DNA of 64,000 nucleotides, taken from assembly GCA_050633305.1 (NCBI GenBank), contig JBOEGF010000027.1, forward strand, positions 95,403 through 159,402, in the 5' to 3' direction. Below are positions 55,517-64,000 of this stretch, piece by piece. The position numbers and the translations under genes are program-made. Source of the DNA: Nannocystales bacterium (GTDB lineage Bacteria > Myxococcota_A > Polyangia > Nannocystales > Nannocystaceae). Positions within the stretch are counted from its first letter, which is position 1. Every line of letters starts with the position of its first letter. The notes beneath the pieces were generated by a model, which saw only the letters and a program-made list of their open reading frames with translations, searched no databases and was not told the origin of the DNA.

Positions 55517-58500
55517 TCATCGGTGAGAATCCGGTGCCTCTCCGCCGGTGCTCTTCGCTTCTCCCTCGTCACTCCGCGAAGCCGTGGTTCCACGCGCGGC
55601 AGGCTCCTCGGGCACCAGCTCTCGGGCCTGATCGGTCAACGCCTCCGCCCTCCTGCGATCGCTGGACTGCAACACCCCAGCGAGAGCCAAGAGTCCTTGT
55701 GCGTGGATCTTCGGAGGCAGTCCTTTCCTCGCCGCCGCGAGTCCCTGTTCGAGGATGGGCTGACCTTCATCGCAGCGGTTCAACCCGCATAGGGCCTCTC
55801 CGAGGCGCAGCTGGCTCACCACGATCATCGAGTGGCCCTCGGGATAAACCCGGGTCCGGATCGCGAGCGCCCGACGATGCATACGTTCCGCTTCTGCGAC
55901 GTCGCTTTCGAGCATGGAGAGCACGCCGAGGTTGTTCAGAACGTTGGCCGTCCGTCGTTCACCGTCGGGGAAGGTCTTCTCGAGCGCCTCGAGGGCGCGG
56001 GTGTAGTGTTGACGCGCCTCCTCCATCCGACCCAGGCGGCGCAAGACCATGCCGGTTGCGGTCTGCGCACTCGCGACTGTGGGGTGGTCGGGGCCCAGCT
56101 CGGCAGTGAGGATCCGAAGAACCTCGCGGTCCAGCGAGAGGGCGGTTGGGTAGTCTCCAAGACGAACCGAGGCAAGTGCGAGGCTCTTTCGGTATTTGGC
56201 CGACACCGTCGTATCGGGGCCACTCGCGGCGTCGCTGATCGAGACAGCCTGTTCGAAGAGCCTGCGGGCATCCGTGAACCGTTGTTGCTTCATCCGCAGT
56301 TGCCCGCGGTTGTTTAGACTCCGAGCATACAATGGGTGCGATTTTCCACTGGTCAACGCGTGCACTCGGAGACCCCGCTCCATGAGGATGTCGGCGCGCT
56401 CGAGTTCGCGGAGACGCATGTGGGCGATCGCCAACGTCTCGGCCGCGACGCCAACCTCGGGATGGTCGGGGCCGAGTTCGTGCTCGAGGATGTCGAGCGC
56501 TCGCCGTAGAAGGTCCTGGCCCTTGGCGTTCTCACTCTGTTCGAGGGCGAGCGTACCTTGCCCGGAAAAGACAACACCGAGCGGGCGGAGGTCGGTATCG
56601 GCCAGCGTTCGCGCGAGTCCCTCGGCGGTGGCCAACTCGTCCGCTGCTGCGTCGTAGTCTCCGCGCGAGCGAGCCAGGCTCGCAAGTCGAGTATGAACGA
56701 ACACCGCCAGCTCTGGTGTCTCCCCACGGTCCAGACGCGCCACCGCCACCCGACTGAATCGTCCCCAGACCTCTGCGACCTCGAAGTTCGCTCGATTGGT
56801 ATGGGCGACCAACAGCTCCATCGCGGCGCTTGCGGCGATCCTCTCGTGGCCGACTTCACCGGCGCGCTCGGCTGCGTTCTCGAGCATCACGAGGTCCGCT
56901 GTTCCATCGTCCCCACGGGCCGCGAACGCACCGGTCCAATACATCGCCTCCACGGTGAGCGGGGCGTAGCCGAGCGCTTCGGCTCGCTCCAGGACGGCGC
57001 CTGCGAGCGCCGCCCCTCCCTTGAACTCTCCGGCCGCTGCCAAGACGTCGGCCTCGGCCAGCTCCGCTCGCAGCGCGCCGACGCTCGACCGCTCATCGAC
57101 GTCGTTGGGCAGGTCGAGTCGACGCAGCAACCCGCTGTGGTCGAGACACGATTCGACCGCATCGAGGCGCCCAACGATTTCGAGCGCCCGCAGGACCACA
57201 GCTCCCTCCGGTTCGCTCAAGACCTTGGTCACGGCACCGAAGGAACGGCTGCGGTCGTCGAGGCAGTCCTCCATACGGCCCCATAGCTCCTCTGAGAGGG
57301 TCTGACGGACACGTGCCGCCTCGCACTGCCGGACACGGACTTCTGACCAGCGCTTCGCGTATGCGTCGAGTTCGTCCAGGGCGCGTCGGCTAGTCTCCGT
57401 TGGGGATCCATCGGGCTGCAGCCCGGCTTCGACCAACGGGCGCCGCCGCGTCCACGCAGCCACCACCGTGTTTCCCTCCTCCACGCATGCCGTCAGTCGT
57501 GCTTCGCGGTCGACCCACCACCATCCACCGACGCCCAGACTCGCCACGACCGCGCCGCCTCCCACCCATCGCCACGGACGGCGTCGGGTGGCGCGCTCGA
57601 GCGCGTCCAGCAGCGCCCGCATGGAGGGCCACCTCTGAGTCGGGTCGACGCTCAAGCCGCGCCGCAGCGCACGGCGGAGCGCCTTCGGAACTCCAGGTCG
57701 AGCGGTCTGCGTCGGCTCTCGGACCCGCCCCGAGCGCACCGCCTCGGAGAGTTCTTCGAAGCTGTTTCCAGCGAACGGCCGTTGGCCGTAGAGAGCCTCG
57801 TGAAGGACAACACAGAAGCTGAACTGGTCGCTGCGCTCGTCCGCTGGCTCCCCGCGGTATTGCTCGGGCGACATATAATGGGGCGTCCCCACGAGCGCCC
57901 CATTGACGGTGAGTGTGGTCATCCAGACCGAGCGATCCACCAGGGCTGGACCGGTCTCCCCGATGCGACCGCGGGCCAGGCCGAAGTCGAGCACCCGTAC
58001 CCGACCGTCGGCTCCGATCATCGCGTTGTCCGGCTTGAAGTCGCGATGGACGATGCCCGCATCGTGGGCAGCAACGAGGCCGCGAGCGGCCTGTGCGAGG
58101 GTACTGAGGACTTCGGTTGCTGCGTGCGGACCGTCGGCCATCCACGCGCTCAAGGTCGGGCCGTCGATGAGTTCGAGCGCGATGAAGACCTGCTGGTCGA
58201 CCCGCCCCACGTCGTGGACGGCAACAACGTTGGGGTGCGCGAGCTGAGCCATCGCCTGCGCCTCTCGGAGCAGTCGCGTTTGTTCTTCGGCCAGGCTTCG
58301 GTGCAGTAACTTGAGGGCGATGTCGCGGTCGAGCTGTGGGTCGTGGGCGGCGTAGACCGTTCCCATGCCACCGTGTCCCAGCCAATGGATGATCTCGTAG
58401 CGGCCTACGCGAGAACCGGGGCGCAGGAGGTCCACCGTGTGCGGGCCGTGAGCTCCCGGTTCCTCATGCCCGAGAGCTTCCCCGTGTTCGCTCCCCGCGG

Positions 58501-58657
58501 AGCGGGCCATCGCGGCGACGAGAGCCAAGCACGCGGGACAGCCGTCGACGTGGGAATCGACGGCCGCACGGTCCTCATCGGAGAGCTGGCCGTCGACGAA
58601 CGCCACCACCGTGGTGTCATCGAGGCACTCCCGGCGGTGTGAGGTCCACGATGCCAC
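55517..58657 (-). CDS. Ser/Thr kinase with N-terminal zf-HC2 (anti-sigma-like) motif, TM segment and TPR domain
   Basis: CLDD...HVDGCPAC; GHGGMG, HRDFKPDN, DFG, GTPHYMSPE; TPR repeats; start about 58657. Confidence 0.9.
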   Translation of the reverse strand: MASWTSHRRECLDDTTVVAFVDGQLSDEDRAAVDSHVDGCPACLALVAAMARSAGSEHGEALGHEEPGAHGPHTVDLLRPGSRVGRYEIIHWLGHGGMGTVYAAHDPQLDRDIALKLLHRSLAEEQTRLLREAQAMAQLAHPNVVAVHDVGRVDQQVFIALELIDGPTLSAWMADGPHAATEVLSTLAQAARGLVAAHDAGIVHRDFKPDNAMIGADGRVRVLDFGLARGRIGETGPALVDRSVWMTTLTVNGALVGTPHYMSPEQYRGEPADERSDQFSFCVVLHEALYGQRPFAGNSFEELSEAVRSGRVREPTQTARPGVPKALRRALRRGLSVDPTQRWPSMRALLDALERATRRRPWRWVGGGAVVASLGVGGWWWVDREARLTACVEEGNTVVAAWTRRRPLVEAGLQPDGSPTETSRRALDELDAYAKRWSEVRVRQCEAARVRQTLSEELWGRMEDCLDDRSRSFGAVTKVLSEPEGAVVLRALEIVGRLDAVESCLDHSGLLRRLDLPNDVDERSSVGALRAELAEADVLAAAGEFKGGAALAGAVLERAEALGYAPLTVEAMYWTGAFAARGDDGTADLVMLENAAERAGEVGHERIAASAAMELLVAHTNRANFEVAEVWGRFSRVAVARLDRGETPELAVFVHTRLASLARSRGDYDAAADELATAEGLARTLADTDLRPLGVVFSGQGTLALEQSENAKGQDLLRRALDILEHELGPDHPEVGVAAETLAIAHMRLRELERADILMERGLRVHALTSGKSHPLYARSLNNRGQLRMKQQRFTDARRLFEQAVSISDAASGPDTTVSAKYRKSLALASVRLGDYPTALSLDREVLRILTAELGPDHPTVASAQTATGMVLRRLGRMEEARQHYTRALEALEKTFPDGERRTANVLNNLGVLSMLESDVAEAERMHRRALAIRTRVYPEGHSMIVVSQLRLGEALCGLNRCDEGQPILEQGLAAARKGLPPKIHAQGLLALAGVLQSSDRRRAEALTDQARELVPEEPAARGTTASRSDEGEAKSTGGEAPDSHR

Positions 58658-58749
58658 GCGCGGAGTGTAGCCTGCGCCCACAGGCCTCACCTCTCCGCCG
58701 AATGCCTGGGCGAAGGGATGGTGTGTCGCCTCAGTGGTACGATGCTCGG

Positions 58750-59227
58750 GTGCATGAGGCGTTCTTAGCGGCGCTCCCGCAGGATTCGGGCTGGGCACCC
58801 GAAGTCCTCGAAGTGCTCCAGAACTCTCGTCGCTGCTCGAGCGCGGCGCGGGGGCGCATCCAGGCATACGCGGTGCCCCTGCGCTCTTCGCCGAGCGGCT
58901 CGGCCAGGTGGTCGCGGGCGACGGACTTCTGACGTGGTTGGACGTTCGGGAATATCTGCGCGGTGTCGACATCGAAGGCATCGACTTGGCCGCAGCGTGT
59001 GCCGCGGGGCAGGACTCTGCGATTCAACGGTTCGAGGAGCCCTATTTCCGAGCTCTCCCCGGCACGTTGCGCTCGATGGGCGCCCAGGCGACGGATAGCG
59101 ACGACGCGGTCTCCGCGGTGCGGGAGAAGTTGTTCGTTGCCCACGGTGACACCGATCGACCGCGGCACAGTCGGGGCTGGACGAGAGCTTCATTCGCCTG
59201 CTCAGCCACACCGCGACGGGCCAATAA
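58750..59227 (+). pseudogene. Decayed kinase-associated ECF-sigma-like regulator
   Basis: Three segments separated by two frame changes: VHEAFLAALP, then LLERGAGAHPG...DLAAACAAG...VREKLFV, then SGLDESFIRLLS-stop; central region missing. Confidence 0.6.
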
Positions 59228-59236
59228 CCGCGCGCG

Positions 59237-60676
59237 TCACTTCGCGCGAATCCCTCGGAGCTGGATCGGTTCGGTCGAATCCTCGGCACGTTTGACCCGG
59301 GTCACCCGGCCCGACCAGGTCTCCCCCGTCAACCCGACATACGAGACCCACTCCTTGGCCTTGATCGCGCCCGCCTCACTCGTCGGGACGACCACCGGCT
59401 CTCGCTTCGTCCGCATGGTCTCCGTCTTGCCCGTCGGCTTGCAGCTTTGCTTGTAGTAGACCCGCCCGCCGTCGACCCGGTCGATGCGATTGGTGTCGTG
59501 GCAAGTCTCCGGCTTCCACGTCCGGACCTCATCAAAAAAATACAGGGTAGTGGTGTCGCCGGAGGCGACCTTCTTCTTGACGCGATAGGTGTATTGGACG
59601 AGCTTTCCGCGTCGGGGCGGCGGCAGCATTCGGTTCCAGGGGTCCTCCCGCTTGCTGAAGTCGAAGGGGTAAACATCGGCGAACTCCAGCGGTTCTACGT
59701 CTCCCGTCGCGGCGGTGGCGATGTCCTCGTCCAAGCCGTTCTTCATGCCCCTTTGCATGACCTCAAACGCGGTCCGATGCGTTCGGATGAGCCGGCGCTG
59801 CTGCTCGTCGACGTGATCCATGTACGTGCCTTCGGGGAGGTAAGGGAGTTCAGCCACGGCAGCAGGTACGTCGACACGGGAGATGTGGCTGAGGAATAGC
59901 TCCTTGGCGATGGCCCGGCCTACCGGGTCCTTCATGCAGGAAAACCCGCCGCAGCGTGCGACGTATGCCCGTCGCAAGTCCTCCAACGCGATGAGGGTCT
60001 CCTCCGAGACGCCATCACTACGCTGTGCCCTCGCGGCGGCGGCGATGGCCTCGAGAGGTCCGAGTGCTTCGGCGAACTCTGCCTGCTCTCGAACCCTGTC
60101 CTCGGCCAGGTCGTAGGGGGTGTCCAGATAGGTCGCCTTTTCGCCACCCTTCAGCGCGCGCACCACCGCCTCGATATTCTGGCGGGTGGTGTCCACCTCG
60201 TCCATGAACACCGTCTGCGCGGTGCTCGACACGCCGGCCTTCTTCACCGTGGCGAGGACCGCGTCACGGGCGAGCGTGCTCGAGTACCAGGCCAGTAACC
60301 CTGCGAGGTACTTTTCGTGGTCGTTCGGGTTCTGCGGTTGCAGTTTGCCGAGGCAACCGCTTGACCGCCCGCATTCCGCGAGCATGACCGCCACCGCGTA
60401 CGGATCCGCGTCCACGGGGTCCAGCCCGTACAGCCGCGGCGCGGTCTCGGACCAGGTGTTGTCCGCGCAAGCGATGGCTAAAATCTGGTGGTCATGCGGC
60501 CCCTCCAGCGGCACCACTGCGTCTCTTCGCTCGGTCCGAACGGGCGCGCATACCTCTCCGGCCAGACGCGTGCCTTCCACGTGTTCTTCCCCGGGTCGGA
60601 CAACCGTGAATAGAACCCCGCAGCCCGTGCTCAGCGCCAGGAGAACGGCGGGCAGGAAACAACGCAACATCTTCAC
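59237..60676 (-). CDS. Hypothetical lipoprotein
   Basis: STGC lipobox; 479 aa with paired Cys; start 60676 or 60670. Confidence 0.75.
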   Translation of the reverse strand: MKMLRCFLPAVLLALSTGCGVLFTVVRPGEEHVEGTRLAGEVCAPVRTERRDAVVPLEGPHDHQILAIACADNTWSETAPRLYGLDPVDADPYAVAVMLAECGRSSGCLGKLQPQNPNDHEKYLAGLLAWYSSTLARDAVLATVKKAGVSSTAQTVFMDEVDTTRQNIEAVVRALKGGEKATYLDTPYDLAEDRVREQAEFAEALGPLEAIAAAARAQRSDGVSEETLIALEDLRRAYVARCGGFSCMKDPVGRAIAKELFLSHISRVDVPAAVAELPYLPEGTYMDHVDEQQRRLIRTHRTAFEVMQRGMKNGLDEDIATAATGDVEPLEFADVYPFDFSKREDPWNRMLPPPRRGKLVQYTYRVKKKVASGDTTTLYFFDEVRTWKPETCHDTNRIDRVDGGRVYYKQSCKPTGKTETMRTKREPVVVPTSEAGAIKAKEWVSYVGLTGETWSGRVTRVKRAEDSTEPIQLRGIRAK

Positions 60677-60922
60677 GGCTCGCGATCACCGACCGCCGAG
60701 GGAGGTCGCGATTTTTCTCCGAAGAAACCCGCGACATCGCGCCATGCAACCACAGCGTGCTCGAAGCCGCGTGGCCCCTGGATGCGACCCCCCAACACCC
60801 CGAAGACCGTGGTCCGCCTCGCACCAGAGTCGGTGTCCGACTCCACGCAGCATGGTCTCCAAGGTGGCAGGGCTTCGGCAAGCGGGCGCGCCACCTCTTC
60901 GGCCGAGAGAGGTTGGAAGTGT

Positions 60923-61555
60923 TCAGTCTCGGACGTCGTCGATCACGCGCTGGAATTCCTCGATGGGGACAGCCCCCCGGAGTTCGCGCCCGTTGATGAA
61001 GAAGGTCGGGACCGCGCGCACGCCCTGATCGGTGCACAGTCGAGACTGTCGCTGCACCTCGGCCGCGGTCGCGGGGTCGCGCAGGTCTCGAGCGAAGCGC
61101 TCGGTGGCCAGACCGAGTCCGCGGGCGAGCGCAAGCGCGGACGCCTCGTCGACAACCTCTCCTTCGTAGAGTGCATCGTGCATCGACCAGAAGCGGCCCT
61201 GCCGCTGCGCCGCGACGCCCGCGCGAGCTCGCAGCTCTGCGTAGGCGTGCGAGCGAAGAGGCAGGTGCGCGTGGAAGAATGCAAGGTCTGGGTTGTCGAC
61301 GATCAGCGCGTCGACGGTGTGCCGGGCTCTCGCGCTGAACGGACACTGGAACTCCGAACACGCGACGATCGTCACCCGAGCGTCCCGCGGCAACGCCCCC
61401 TTGTGCGGTAGCCCCTCGGTGGGAACCCGGTCCCGAGCCGACACCGCATCGTCACGCTGGACACCGGTCCACACCAGTGTCGCACCGCCGAACATCAGTG
61501 CGCCCGCCACTGCACCCGAGACCAGTCCGCGAACCTTGGGAACGACCAACGCCAT
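60923..61555 (-). CDS. DsbA-family thioredoxin-fold protein (CxxS)
   Basis: VTIVACSEFQCPFS, HLPL..H, QGRFWSMHDALY, GVRAVPTFFING; N-terminal TM. Confidence 0.85.
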   Translation of the reverse strand: MALVVPKVRGLVSGAVAGALMFGGATLVWTGVQRDDAVSARDRVPTEGLPHKGALPRDARVTIVACSEFQCPFSARARHTVDALIVDNPDLAFFHAHLPLRSHAYAELRARAGVAAQRQGRFWSMHDALYEGEVVDEASALALARGLGLATERFARDLRDPATAAEVQRQSRLCTDQGVRAVPTFFINGRELRGAVPIEEFQRVIDDVRD

Positions 61556-61998
61556 AGGCCAATCGTACACCCCGGTCCTTCGTCGGTCATCCTGTGTCCC
61601 CGTCGGACACGTAGAGCACGTCGGTGGGTCGCGCCGACTTCCGGCCGCTTCGACCGGTTGTGCGTTGTGACAGACCTTCGAGCGAACTACGGCCGCGAGG
61701 CCGCACCGCGGGTGACGAGACTCAGAACGAGAGCGGGTCATGGTCGCGCCGCCGCAACCAGGCCACCATGAGGAAGAAGAGCCCGGGGGCGCCTGGAGGG
61801 AACCAACTCCGTACCCCCTTGGAGGCCATTGCCAGAGCCGAGGATTCCCCACCGTGTACGGCTGATTCCCAGCCGCGCGGAAGCGGTGGCCGGCCCGCGC
61901 GAACAACCCATTGCGTGGTCCCCCCGAAAAAGCTCGCGTGATTGACCGTCCGTCGCTGACGGATCCGTGCGGCGTGGAGATGAGGAACCCGCCGAACC

Positions 61999-62340
61999 AT
62001 GGTTCGGTCCATCTTCGAGGAGTCCCTTCGCCGTCGCTTCGTACTCGCCATCTGTTGGCTTCACGCCGCGCGTACCTCGCTCGTTCCTTCTGGATGCGGT
62101 GGATGAGCCGCTCGACCGAGGAGCCACATCCCGACCCCGGGACAACATCGGTGAACGGGCGCACGTCGCAGTGCATGAGCACAGGCGAGATACGCGGCGG
62201 CGACGGGTCGGAGACGACCACCTCGACGCACGATGCCGACCCTCCCTCGGAGAGTTCAACGGGATCGGAGACCGGCGGCGAGGACCCCGCTCCCGCTGCG
62301 TGCCCCCCCTGCGCCAGTTGTTTCTCGTGGTGTGGCATCG
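61999..62340 (+). pseudogene. Possible decayed lipoprotein gene
   Basis: Short ORF ending SGCGG-stop, then out-of-frame Ser/Thr/Gly linker typical of local lipoproteins. Confidence 0.3.
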
Positions 62341-62354
62341 AACACTCCGACAAC

Positions 62355-62531
62355 ACCTTCGGGGCAGTAGTCCAGCGGGCGCCCAGAGTGTCCGGGGGTG
62401 CCGTCGATCTTGAAGCGGAGCTTCTTGTTGTGGATCGAGGCGATCGGTTCGAACTCGGTGTTGTGGGTCAACTGAGCGCCCCACGAGTTCAGGCACGGCG
62501 GGAAGAACCACGGGAAGGCGAGGTTCTCTAC
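62355..62531 (-). pseudogene. Possible fragment of a trypsin/V8-like serine protease
   Basis: RFKIDGTPGHSGRPLDYC resembles the D-x-x-x-G-x-S-G-x-P catalytic Ser motif; no start or other catalytic motifs. Confidence 0.3.
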
Positions 62532-62563
62532 CCGAGGGCGCTCGCTTCGGACCCCCCGGATGG

Positions 62564-63022
62564 CTATCCCAAGCGCCCTTCGACGAACTCTTTGTTGCCT
62601 CGCAGAAGCGTCTGGAAGCCCGACTGCATCCGGCGCCTCATCATCGGCTTGAGGAGGCGCAGCAGAAGCCCCCGCGGCGTAAACGACATCCGCATCTCCA
62701 GCCGCGTCCACTCATCCGCGTCGGGCACGAACAAGAAGTCGGCGCGAGCGTGGGCGATCGGAAGACTCGTCCGCTTGAACTCGACCCCGATCTTCTCCAT
62801 CGGGCGCCACTCCACGATCCTCTCTTCGATGTCGTTCTTCCCATCTGCGAGTTCGCACCGCCGCACCGCTCCCAGGCCACGAGGCGTCGAGGTCGTGAGG
62901 ATCGTCGTTCGTAGGACTCCTTCGTGAAACTTGTAGATTCCGCCAAAGTCGGCCCAGCTTTCCCACACAGTCTTCAGCGGGGCCTTGACCGTTTCGAAGA
63001 CAACAATGTCTGGGGTCTTCAT
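62564..63022 (-). CDS. SRPBCC (polyketide cyclase/START-like) protein
   Basis: APLKTVW...DFGGI, GLGAVRRC, ERIVEW, C-terminal helix. Confidence 0.85.
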   Translation of the reverse strand: MKTPDIVVFETVKAPLKTVWESWADFGGIYKFHEGVLRTTILTTSTPRGLGAVRRCELADGKNDIEERIVEWRPMEKIGVEFKRTSLPIAHARADFLFVPDADEWTRLEMRMSFTPRGLLLRLLKPMMRRRMQSGFQTLLRGNKEFVEGRLG

Positions 63023-63417
63023 TGGGCACCTGGGAAGATCGTGAAAAGCGCCACAGCGTAGAGTCCGAACTGAATCACGAGGTACAGCGTCTCCAGCGCA
63101 ACGAAGGCCCCTGCGTTGGGGACGTTCTGCTTGGCGACCAGAGCCAGCACATGGGACGTCCAGAAGAAGAGTCCCATCAGTCCGACGAATAGAAGGGCCC
63201 GCATCGCGCCCGCGCTGCCGGCGTCGAACAGCGGATAGATCAGGGCCAGGGCGAAGCCCTGAATCACGATGGTCGCCAGACCCACAGGGATGTTGGGCTC
63301 ACCGTCGAAGTAGCCAAAGCCCTGGTACTTGTCTTTGAACAGCCCCACATGCCACCCCAAAGCCAGCGGAAAGGCGATCAGAATGTAGCTCACCGTGGAC
63401 AGCAACACGTTTAGCAC
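63019..63417 (-). CDS. Four-TM hypothetical membrane protein
   Basis: Four hydrophobic helices; stop overlaps SRPBCC start (ATGA). Confidence 0.75.
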   Translation of the reverse strand: MLNVLLSTVSYILIAFPLALGWHVGLFKDKYQGFGYFDGEPNIPVGLATIVIQGFALALIYPLFDAGSAGAMRALLFVGLMGLFFWTSHVLALVAKQNVPNAGAFVALETLYLVIQFGLYAVALFTIFPGAQ

Positions 63418-63765
63418 AGCGCCCCTCGGCAGGCGCTGCGGTCCTCACCGCGAGGATCCGGACGATGCGCAACGGGTTGGTCATCCTCGGCCGCGCAGGG
63501 GACCTTCCCCCCGGCAAACTCGTGAAACTCTACGCGCAACGGGACGGTCCGGGGAAGCTCGACCCAGAGGAAGGGAGTCGTCATGACCCGAACGACGAAC
63601 ATGCGCCCCGAGACCCGACAACCAACCCCGACTTTCCGACCGATCGACCTTGAAGCATGACGTGCCAGGTCCGCCGCGCCCTGCGAGAGGGATTGTCGAG
63701 ATCGGGCACCTGAATGGCAGGTTGGGCCAATGCCGGCCGTCGTGACCCGGTGTCAGGGTGATGGG

Positions 63766-64000
63766 GTGACGTCTTCCACAGAACACATCAGACTCGGCCT
63801 ATCGATCGCCGCCCTGTTCTGCGTATTCGGATGCGCATCCGCGGACCCCAGTGCGCCCGAAGAGGCATGCGACGAACGGGCCGCGGCCAACGCGGAAGAT
63901 GCGCTCGCTCTTTACCTTGAAGCGTGGGACGAAGAGGACCCCGCCCACCGGGCATGTCTGATCCAGCACAGCGTGGCCTCGGACGCTGTCCTGGTTGCAA
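63766..64000 (+). CDS. SnoaL/NTF2-like lipoprotein (3' partial; not in ORF track)
   Basis: GTG 63766: ...LSIAALFCVFGC lipobox, then YLEAWDEEDPAHRACLI; runs off window. Confidence 0.55.
   Translation, partial: MTSSTEHIRLGLSIAALFCVFGCASADPSAPEEACDERAAANAEDALALYLEAWDEEDPAHRACLIQHSVASDAVLVA

Noticed and set aside
63418..63760. Short ORFs on both strands
   Set aside because: No recognisable motifs; cannot support any as a gene
55269..64000. Genomic island integrated at tRNA-Glu
   Set aside because: No integrase and no repeat of the tRNA 3' end seen in the window; cannot be excluded beyond it

Overview
High-GC DNA whose gene content (MYXO-CTERM-like sorting tails, DUF1592/DUF1552 pairs, Cys-rich repeat lipoproteins, Ser/Thr kinase-TPR proteins) points to a myxobacterium, probably Nannocystaceae-like; this assignment is an inference. 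It carries about 55 CDS, including housekeeping groES-groEL with a CIRCE operator, pepN, rnd, modABC, panC, rsmB and rpe, plus tRNA-Glu(TTC). The most unusual locus is 5.06-6.61 kb. There, a compact minus-strand array of four long-variable-arm tRNA genes (Ser-GCT, Ser-GGA, Ser-TGA, Tyr-GTA) sits between two paralogous Cys-patterned lipoprotein genes. The tRNA-Tyr combines an archaeal/eukaryotic-type C1-G72 pair with a bacterial-type long variable arm. The array is preceded by a sigma70-like promoter and an unannotated 36-codon ORF whose 3' half is rich in Ser codons plus one Tyr codon, all readable by these four tRNAs. This could be a translation-sensing backup tRNA operon (hypothesis). Other oddities: a cytochrome P460-like lipoprotein with Cys at the position of the heme cross-linking Lys, a CxCH heme-like motif, thioredoxin folds with SxxS and CxxS motifs, and a frameshifted, internally deleted ECF-sigma-like pseudogene divergent from a zinc-finger kinase. 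All calls were made by eye from motifs; no database searches were run, and several start codons are estimates.
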